Assembly: GCA_964057225.1 (NCBI GenBank)
Contig: OZ059898.1
Coordinates: 7,750,001-7,814,000, forward strand
Origin: Auanema rhodensis
Taxonomy: Eukaryota; Animalia; Nematoda
Direction: 5' to 3'
DNA length: 64,000 nucleotides
Part shown: positions 24,916-35,190 of the stretch, in pieces
Layout of the letters: every line of letters starts with the position of its first letter
How positions within the stretch are numbered: position 1 is the first letter of the stretch
Translations under genes and position numbers: made by a program
Notes under the pieces: model-generated
Told to the model about the DNA's origin: nothing
Seen by the model: only the letters and a program-made list of their open reading frames with translations
Databases searched by the model: none

Positions 24916-27900
24916 ATGGTATCTGCAACTGAAGCGCCCAATACTTTTGTTGGGGAATCCGATCAATTAAATACCGTAGAGAGTCTTCTAAAAGTTTAAC
25001 TAAATATATGAATGTTTAGTAATATCAATGATTTAAGTTACCCGTAAAAGTTATTCCTTCCGGACGACCTAGAAATTGCTCAACAGTTACTAAAGCTGAA
25101 TCGTATGCTGTTTTTTTCTACCTCGTCTAAAGCCTAATTTTAGGGAAGATGATTTAGATTTTTCTGATCTCCTTAGAGATCTCAGGACAGAATTAGATGT
25201 GAAAAAAAGAGAAGAAGCTAAACTTGAGCAAGAAATTGTTGCTGCACTAGCAGAAGGGAGCGCTGGTATATAAATATGCATATATATCGTTATAATTCAT
25301 TAATACAACAGCTGGGTTTGAACAATCTCGTGCTTTTGCTATGGCTGTTTCTCGACTTAATAACAGTTTACTAGTTGTCGAATCTGATGCAAAACAGCTC
25401 GCTACTAGTCTGTACTCTATATCCCGTTTAGCCGACAATATTAGCGGAAAAGTTTATACAATGCTAAATAATTACTAAAGTTTCTATACTAGGTTTCTGC
25501 TCTTGATGTAGCGAAAACGAGGGTTGTTGAATGTATGCAATTATGTGGAGATATGAAAGATTTGGGTGTCTGTAGTGAGGGTGTTGAAGATGCTATCCGA
25601 TCCGAAGATTTTGAACAAGCAGCTCAACTTATTCATCGATTCCTCACACTTGATAAAGCTGTTTTCCAATTGGGTGAACCATCTGATAAAGGCAATTTAA
25701 GAAAAAGTTATGAACTAATTTTGAACGTCTTAGATGCTGGTCAAACTATCCGCCATAGCTATGAAGTTCTATCTGCGGCTCGAACGCGTTTGAAAGATAT
25801 TCTCGAAAAACGGTTGGATGACGCTATAAACAGAAATGAAGTAGCCGAAATGCAAAGGTAATCTAATTAAGGTTGATTAGTAGATGTCAAATAACCAAAA
25901 TGAATGTATTTATAATCGGCTGTTAAGATATGTAAAACTTTTCCCTCTAATCAATGAGCATGAGAGCGGATTATCTCGCTTTGCTATGTACTTTGGTGGC
26001 ATTATTCGGAAACAAGGAGAGGAAAATATTAAGGTTTCTAATATTAAGCTAATTTGATAAAATATTTTTTCAAGATTATGAGTGCCGGTGGATCAGATGA
26101 TTCCCGATTGAGTGTTTTGTATGCTGATACTCTTTTCCTCTTCCTCGAAAGTAATAGCTCTAATTTATATGAACATGGATTTATTAAAAGTTCTTTAAGA
26201 TGTGGCATCATTGCTGGAAGTAAATCAACCTTTAATTGAAAATGCATATGGCGCAGACAAATTGTTGGATTTCATTATTATGCTTCAAACTGATAATGAT
26301 TTTGTTATCGAAAATATTCTTAGCGCGTTTAATAAGAAGAGACAAATAGATCGATTTGCCAGAAGTGCTCGAAAACTATTACGCGATGGCAAGAATAAAA
26401 CTGGTTTGTAATTATAACTCATAATAAAAAACCTTAATAATTTTTGTAGAACGAATTAACCCACTCGAACTAGACACATTACTTTCCGAGTTATGTTTAA
26501 TGAACACACATGTAGAAATGTATTGGAGATTTGTTAAGCGACGTTTGGGGGAAAAAAACAATGTTCAAGATGATGAAGTTTTAATTTATTGAGATTCTAA
26601 AGTACGTAGAAATTTTAGTTTGTTATGGTTGGAGAAGAACGCGAATTAGAAGAAAGTGCTCGTAAAAAATCTGAGCAAAATGCTATTATTAAAAAAGAAG
26701 AACGCCAAGCCAAATTAGATCAGTTATTACATCGCAGTCTTGTTGGAACAAAGGTTCAAGAGTTGTTAGGACAATATATACTTCTCGAACAGTATTATAT
26801 GGAGGAATCTGTTCGGAAAGCTATCGAAATCGATTCGCGAGAAGAAGGATATACAAGGTAAACTGACCGAGTAAAAATTTTTAAAAAAACTCAACATTCT
26901 TCGTTAGCTCTGCTGTGGAGGATGTAATGTTCATCGCTCGAAAATGCGTTCGAAGAGCTATGACTAGTGGATCTATAGATTGTGTCTGTGCTGCCTTAAA
27001 TAACGCTTGTGCTCTATTAGAAACTTCTTATTATGGATATCTAGAGGAATCCATAAAGGTATGTTAGAGAATATAGCAAACGAATGAATCTTTTTTTATT
27101 TTAAGGTTGGTTATCCTTCCGTTGGCTTTGCAGCCGAAGCATTTCAAACGGCACAAACAGCATACAATGTAATTCAACATGGTATGTAACCATTTAGCTG
27201 TCCAATTTTCTGATGGAATTTTATAGGAAAAACGATGGGCGAAGCTGGTCCTGAAGCTCAGCGAGATGCGTATATAATTTCTATAAATAACTCAAGTCGA
27301 ACAGCTGAACTTGTTGTTCAATTGAAACAAGGATTCGAAACTGAGTTGTCGAAGAAAGAGGTATTTTAGTTACGTTGTCGTAATTCATTTGCTAACAACT
27401 TTAACAGAGAAATCCAGTTGATGCTGCCAAGCTTGAACATTCATTGTCTCAATTAGATGAAGTAGGCAAAAAAATGTCCAATTTGGCTGCTACAGCAGTG
27501 TCAACTCTATGCACAACTATTTTCCGACCCAAAATAAAATCCAGGTATATACATGCATACATACATATATAGCAACGAATACATTTAGTTCGGAATCATA
27601 CGTTGATCTGTCTCATACTCTTACGGAAGCCCAATTTGCTGACTACGAAGGAGTTGATCCCTTCATTGAACACTTTATTGCTTCTATCGATAAGCAGTTA
27701 GCTTATTTCGAGCCAATGTTACAAAACGAAAACTTCCAAGTATGAATTTATATTTATGAATTGAATATGTCCAATTCTTTTTTAGAATTTACTTTTGGAT
27801 GTTTGTGCTGAAATTGCTCATCAAATGGAGCGTGTAATTCTCAAGTGTAATTTCAATAGATTAGGTGGATTGCAACTTGATAAAGAGTTTCGTCATTTAT

Positions 27901-28168
27901 CTGCTTATCTTAGTGGAGTAGCCGGTTGGTCAGCAAGAGAAAAAACTGTTCGTTTAACACAGGTAGCAATGTTTCCACATGAGATTTAAAGTGTTTTGTT
28001 TAGATTGTATCCCTGTTGAATGTCGAATCAGTTGATGAAGCAAAAGAATTATTTGAAGCTGGTCGTGGTAGCATAATGGCTCGATCTTTAACTCCGAGCG
28101 AAATTGAGAAAGTTCTCCTACTTCGAGTTGATTTATCTTCAGCTCAGATTAAGCAACTTCAAATTTGA
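24916..28168 (+). CDS. cogc-4: Conserved oligomeric Golgi complex subunit 4
   Basis: LADNISGKVSALDVAKTRV, EDFEQAAQLIHRFL, QELLGQYILLEQYYMEESVRKAI, FNRLGGLQLDKEFRHLSAYL, LTPSEIEKVLLLRVD. First in-frame ATG at 24916 via 44- and 41-nt introns. Confidence 0.92.
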
Positions 28169-28516
28169 TATTGTTTCATATGTTGGGGATTGGGCTAGTT
28201 TATATCCTGTGATAATTGTTGTGATGGTAGGTAACCATTGTCTGGTAATAATTATTGTGAATCAATAAAACTGAATCATTCTATCCTCCATGTTTTATTC
28301 ATTGTTTTTAATCGGGCTAACATATGGCGTATATGGTACAGTAACATTTAGTAAGAAATTAAAGGGCGGCCACAAAAAGGTCCTGTGAAGAAAAGGCTGT
28401 TTAAAATATTCTTCTGTGTGCACCCGGAATATTCGGTGGACTCGAGATTTCTACGAATAATCTTGTTCATTATTTTCTATAAATCTGATATAATTTATAT
28501 ATATCCTAGGTAAATA

Positions 28517-30753
28517 ATGGCTGGCGCTGGAGAATCGTTACTCGCTCTTACCGGAAAGAGAACAACTGGACAGAGTATTCGCAGCCAGAATGGTAAAATA
28601 TGCTATTTCGAATAATTCTTACTTTGAATCCTCTAAATTATAGTAACTGCCGCTGTAGCTATTGCGAATATCGTAAAATCGTCTCTTGGGCCTGTTGGCT
28701 TAGATAAAATGTTGGTAGATGATGTTGGAGTAAGGACATCTTGTTAGACATTTCATAATTTTTTTCCTCAGGATGTTATTGTGACTAATGATGGAGCTAC
28801 TATTTTGAAGCAATTGGAGGTTGAACACCCAGCCGGTAAAGTTTTGGTAGAATTAGCTCAGCTTCAAGATGAGGAGGTATTTTAAATCAATTCTTATTAC
28901 ATGAAAATTTGTTTTTACTACTTTAATAGGTTGGAGATGGTACCACATCTGTTGTTATTGTTGCCGCTGAACTATTGAAAGCTGCTGATGAACTTGTCAA
29001 GAGCAAACTTCACCCTACTACTGTTATCAACGGATATAGATTAGCTTGCAAAGAAGCCGTAAAATACATGCAGGTAACATAGAAAGAGTTTACTAGTTTA
29101 ACATATCTATAACTATTAGGAGAGTCTTTCCTTCACTGTAGATGAACTTGGAAGAAAGTCACTTATTGGAGCTGCTAAGACCTCAATGAGCAGTAAAATT
29201 ATTGGACCGTTGGTTTCAGTATCATTTATATTTTTGAATTATATATAATAGAGACTCTGATTTCTTTGCTGCCATGTGTATTGATGCCGCTGAAGCTGTA
29301 AAGGTTACGGATTCCACAGGAAAGGTTGTGCTTTTGTAGTATATCCGTGCAAATATTTCTTTGAAGGTTACCTACCCAATCAAAGCTGTTAATGTTTTGA
29401 AGGCTCATGGTAAGAGTGCTCGCGAATCAATTCTCGTTAAGGGTTATGCACTTAACTGTACTGTTGCTTCTCAAGGTCTGCTGGTTTTAACAGGCTTCAA
29501 CTCAATTGTTTTCTTTTTCAGCTATGCCACTTAGAATCCAGAATCCAAAAATAGCCTGTTTGGACTTTTCTCTTCAGAAGGCTAAAATGCATTTAGGTAT
29601 TTCTGTAGTTGTTGAAGATCCAGGCAAGCTTGAAGCCATTCGCAGAGAGTACGCTCGTTTATTATTTATGAATTCTATACGATTCGTTTACAGAGAATTT
29701 GATATTACCAAGAGAAGAATCGAAAAAATTCTTAATGCTGGAGCCAATGTTGTACTCACCACCGGAGGTTCAAAATTACCAGAAAGTGTGAAAATTAATA
29801 TGGTTTTTTAGGTATCGATGATCTGTGCTTGAAACAATTTGTTGAAGCAGGTGCTATGGCAGTTAGAAGATGCAAAAAAGCAGATCTCAAGAGAATTGCC
29901 AAGGCCACTGGAGGTATTTGTGCGACAGCTATTTGTTCTATATTTTGTTTAAAGCTACTTTAACCTCATCTCTTGCAACTCTCGAAGGAGATGAAGCATT
30001 TGATGCTTCTCTTTTGGGATCAGCTGAAGAAATTGCCCAGGAGCGTATCAGTGACGATGAGCTTATCTTCATCAGGGGACCTAAAGCTAGAACTGCCAGC
30101 TCTATCATTCTTAGGTTTGTTATATTTTTGGATTGTGTATTACTTTTTTTTTCCAGAGGAGCCAACGATGTTATGCTTGATGAAATGGAAAGATCTATGC
30201 ATGATGCTCTTTGCGTTATTCGCCGTGTTCTCGAATCCAAGAAACTTGTTGCTGGAGGAGGTGCCGTTGAAGCAGCTCTTAATATCTGGCTTGAGGCCTT
30301 TGCTACAACCTTGGTAAATTATTGCAGATTAGATGAATTTTTAATTGTAGTATGTTTAAGTCATCCCGTGAACAGCTGGCTGTTGCTGAATTTGCTAATG
30401 CTCTTCTGGTTATTCCTAAGACATTGTCAGCTAATGCTGCTAAAGACTCAACTGAGTTGGTTGCCAAATTGAGAGCTTTCCATCACAAGGCTCAAAACAA
30501 CACACAGCTGAAACATTTGAAATGGTATGAATAATTCTCCCTTTTGTACTAAAAATAGTAATACAGGGCTGGCCTTGATCTTGAGAACGGAGAAATTCGA
30601 GATAACAAAGAAGTTGGAGTATTGGAACCACTTCTCAGTAAAGTAAAATCTCTCAAGTTCGCCACCGAAGCTGCTATTACTATCCTCCGAATCGACGACC
30701 TTATCAAGTTGGATAAGCAAGAAGCCAGAGGTGGAGACGAATGTGGAATGTAG
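28517..30753 (+). CDS. cct-1: T-complex protein 1 alpha (CCT1/TCP1)
   Basis: [85 protein letters not shown]. Confidence 0.97.
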
Positions 30754-30986
30754 AATGATCTTTTACTTTTGAATTTCAAGTTTGCTATAATTGTTTTATT
30801 GTTTTTTATTCGCGCGTTGCTTCTCAACTGATCTTATGCTTGTTCGCAGTTTTAATTGTTGTTTTGCTTCCGTTTTTGTTAAGTAAATATAATTACATTT
30901 AATTTGCATGTACAATTATGACAACTTCTTATAAGTAAAAAATATCACAAATAGACCAGGTTCTCTTGGGTATATACAAACAGACA

Positions 30987-33141
30987 TTATTCTTCCTCAT
31001 CAACCTGCTCAACTTCACCCGCATCTTCGTCTAAAATTGGCAACCGATCGGAAGATTGGTCCTGAACGCGTGTTTATGGTCACAAAAGATGAATATATGA
31101 AAGAAAACCTTGGTAACTGTATGAACAAGAACTGCAGCTGCCAGTCCAGTTAAAATTACGCATCCAGCGCACACTAACGAAACTCCGAAAATAAAGCTGC
31201 TATGCCTAAATTAAATAAATACAACAGATAGTGATCAAAATGCGTACAATGCGAATGTTAGTTGTTCCAATTGAGCACGTGTTCCATCATCAAACTCAGC
31301 TGTTTCATTCATCCATAAGATTGGCATAATTACATTCCTTGTTTTCTTCATAATTCTATGAATTATTATTAACAAAGAAAGTTAAAAGTTAAGCATACTC
31401 CATGTTTCCTCTTGACATTCCGAGATTAATTTGCATTACACGTTTAGCTTTGATAGGAACTCCGCTAGTCTTTTCAATATCCACATACGTTTTATCATTT
31501 TGCATGCTGGGCAAATCGACACCTTCTACCGCAGACCAAACCTGAGTTTAAAAGGCCTATATAAACATAAACTCTGTAATGATAGGTACCTCAGTGGGTG
31601 CACCGAGAAAATGGCCCTGAGATAAATAAACTCTTGAAGCACCTATGCAACGTCCGACATCGATGAATCCAGGAGGAACGCATCCAGCTAAGCGTTAATT
31701 ACTCAAGAAAGAAGTGTGATAACTAGAACTCACCTGGTTGAATTGATTCATTAAAGTATTGCGGAGTACCATTACGATTACAATAAATTTTATTTTGAGG
31801 CAAATTTGTGTCATATAGACTATTAGGCATTTCAAATCGATAAGCAGGGATATCACGATATTCAGACACATCTTTGTATTCAAGAACAATAGCTCTAAAA
31901 ATATTACAATGAAATATGAAAAGATTCCTTACGAACCTGCAAATAGGTCCTGCAAATATGTGGAAAGAATCTCCTTTCTTAACTAAAGGAGGAAAAAGTT
32001 GTCCATCAGTACCATTAACATAGCCTGCTGAAGCATCATCCCATACATTTGGAATAGCTGTTGAATTTTTGTATGAGAAAACCCAAATTATATAGGTTAT
32101 AGAACTAATTATAGATTATAAAATACTTTTCCAATAGTCATTCGATCTTTCAACCCAGTACTAACTTCATACAATCCATCATCAGTATTATTTTGCTAAA
32201 ATTGTTCTTTAAATTTAAGTTTCAAAATAACAGTACCTTATAGAAAAACCCAATTCGGTCTGGTATAACTTGGCTTTTGCACAAATAGTTCAACAATGGA
32301 ACATTACATATTTTATCCAATAAAGGATCTTTAAAACCATCAAACAAGGCTTCCCGAACAGTAACCTATATTTTTTTTTCATTTTTTAAAAATCAAACTT
32401 AAATTTATCTCACAGTAATAAAAGCATTTTCTCGAACTGTGCGTAAGACTGTTTCAATCGCAATTTTCATCAGGTATCCCTGAGAAGCAACATCAACCAA
32501 TTTCTGCATAAGAAAGAAATATAATTAAACTACTATATTCGCATTTACTTGGAAAACAGGATTTGGAATAGTTACACGCATATCCAAGTTGCATTTTTCA
32601 CATGACAGGGATCCGTTAAAGAAATATAAATGGTTATTTCGATAGAATACACGTGATTCATCTTCAGAAAAATTGTATGCTTTTTCTTGCTTTTCACTAA
32701 ATCAAAATGTAAACTCAGTTATATAGTCAGACGAAATGCACTTACATAAACACAAACGGTCCAATTTCAGAAACTCTCGGTTTCCCGCCATTCATAATGT
32801 CATCAACGTTCGTAACCTTGAAAAATGCCTATTTCTAGGTTCAGCAAAAAATTCTTTACATTGTACATCCAAATGTGTTGCCTCATGTCGTATGGAGGAT
32901 TAGCCCATTGTGACGTCACTGGACTGGGAGTCTTGGTACCATTTATATTGAAAGTACCCAGAAAATCTCTCTAAAATAATAATTTGTTTGAGCATAGTAA
33001 TGCAAAATCATTGATTACCTGAACAGCAATATTCTCAATAACAGAAGGCATTGAAATTGTCACAGCTAATCCGAGAACAACTAGCACAGATCCTAGCCCA
33101 AGGCTCCACCAAGAAGCGACTTTTTTAGTACAACATGGCAT
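30987..33141 (-). CDS. CD36/SCARB family scavenger receptor, LIMP-2/SCAV-3-like
   Basis: N-terminal TM; WANPPYDM...YNVTNVDDIMNGGKPRVSEIGPFVF; NGTDGQLFPP; C-terminal TM followed by a tail with the acidic dileucine-type signal DRLPIL. Confidence 0.9.
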
Positions 33142-33830
33142 AGCCTTGAAATATTTCAATACTTATATTCGAGACGCCAAACTTTGAAATGAAATACGAT
33201 GATAATTGCAATAGATACTAATATTAAAAACACTAAATAACAAATAAAACGAGCCAAGACTGCTGAACAAGAGTGAAAGTGTTCTTAGATACCGTATACA
33301 AAGCACGAGTATTTGTCTGAACTCTCTTTATAACACATACTATTTTACCCTGCAAATAGTCCATGATTTCTTTTTTCTATCCTCATCAACAGCGTCGTAT
33401 GTTTTTCATAAGAGACTCATTGTTTTTTTTTTTAATAAGAAAAAGCTGATATGTCATGATTAAAATTATTACCATCAATTTTATAATTCCCGTTAATATT
33501 TGTTAATATAAAAATACTTCTCAGTTACAGATAGGAAACTTTCGAAGAAAATAAAAATAAAATATGATTCCATTAAAACTTTATCTAATTCAGTATATCA
33601 TACATATTCAATTAAATATGAGGATTTGGGAAACATGCAAAGGCCAATTTTTCAGGCATATGACAAAAACCTGAGGCATGCAAAACAGAAGTACCCGATA
33701 AAGAACCTGAGATTCAAATATACAGTTATACAAACCGCCTACAAAGTACCAGCAGATGAAGGCCATGTTAGACGCGTAAGTTTAACGGTACAACGCTTAA
33801 TACCGGAATATACACAAATGAATATACAAG

Positions 33831-34921
33831 TTAAGCCACAGGCTGAGGTTGCGGTTGTCCGTTCGGTTTAGCAGTTGAATTCTCATAAGGTATTCCATTA
33901 TCTTTCAAAAGTCGTCTCAACCGTTCATTCTCCTTGTTCATTCTTAGTAAAGAATCATGATACACTTCTGCTGTTTTTTCCATAGCAATAACTTCCTTTT
34001 CCAACTGAAATAAAAAATTAATATATATATATATTTGGCTTTCTAAAGTTACCTCATTTTTGCTAAGATGGGAGATTCTATCTCTATTAAATTCATCAAA
34101 TTCAGTTTCAAAATCACGATGTTCGGGATCACTCCAACTTTCGGAACCATCATCACTTGGTAACATCAGTTCCGAAGAAACACTGATGGATCTGATTCGT
34201 CGTCTTTCCTCAGCGCAAACCTCCTCCACCTGAGAAGTAGAATGTAAATGAAGTCTCTTATGTTTATAACAAACCTTTCTTTCAGTTTCAGTCCTCTCTT
34301 CCACATCTTCAAGAAGGAATTGCGTGGTGTTACTAGGGGCCATTGGCATTTCTTTTCTGCAAATTATCAAAATCAGCAAAAGCTATATGTGGGAACTTAT
34401 AAAGGACTTCATATAATAATTACTCAGTTAGTGCCAGATATTCGTATTTTAGTGGAATAAAAGCGTATTCTTATTCTTACTAACCCTTCTGACTGTGCAG
34501 AGCACTAGTGAGACCATGATGTCGGCAAATGTCATCCAATCCATCTTAAACATGTTCCATCAGTAGAAACTTTTGATGGAATACAAGAAAAACAGAGGAA
34601 ACCACGCATTTTCAGGGGTCAGTTTGGTGTCAAAACACATGATATTGGTATTTTTTTTGCCAGACAGATAACAAATATATATTTTGAAAAAGGAATTAAA
34701 ATACCGTAATCTCAGAATGCAACTCACCTCAATCTTAACTTTCTGTCACTTCCACTCGGACCTTGCTCTCCCTCAGCTTCAGCCACATCGTAAGGACGAT
34801 AACGACCACGGTTTCCACGACGTCTTCTGATCCTCCTTCGCTTTTTCTCAACTTCCATGTCCCCATCTGAGACACTTCGTTGGTCGTCGAGCGACAAGCG
34901 TTTTTCGTCAGGTGACGACAT
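33831..34921 (-). CDS. HEXIM: HEXIM (P-TEFb inhibitor, 7SK snRNP protein)
   Basis: Basic RNA-binding tract KKRRRIRRRRGNRGRYRPY, PMAPSNTTQFLLED (PYNT-type motif), acidic region RDFETEFDEF, and C-terminal coiled coil ENERLRR. Intron 1 spans 34727-34357. Confidence 0.9.
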
Positions 34922-35089
34922 AACCGTTCTCAGCTCAACGAGTAGAGTTGAATGAGCCCCAACAAGTTGGGCTTATCTTGAGAACTTCAGAATCTGACGA
35001 CGTCAGAGATGAACGTCTTCAGATGGATGTGTTTCGAAAATTGCGCAGATAGGAGCGATTCGCCCGGCAAAACTAGAAACGAACCGCAG

Positions 35090-35190
35090 CTCTCACTGCT
35101 TATATACTAAACGCGCAGCCGCTCGCGCGGAAGGTTGCGTCCGTTTGCTCCGCCCACAAACAGACGTGGAATGAGTGAGAGCGCGCACAT
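35090..35190 (-). promoter_or_regulatory. CpG-rich HEXIM promoter with TATA box
   Basis: TATATAAG on minus at 35106-35099, GC box (CCGCCC) at ~35150, GAGCGCGC at ~35179. Confidence 0.55.
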
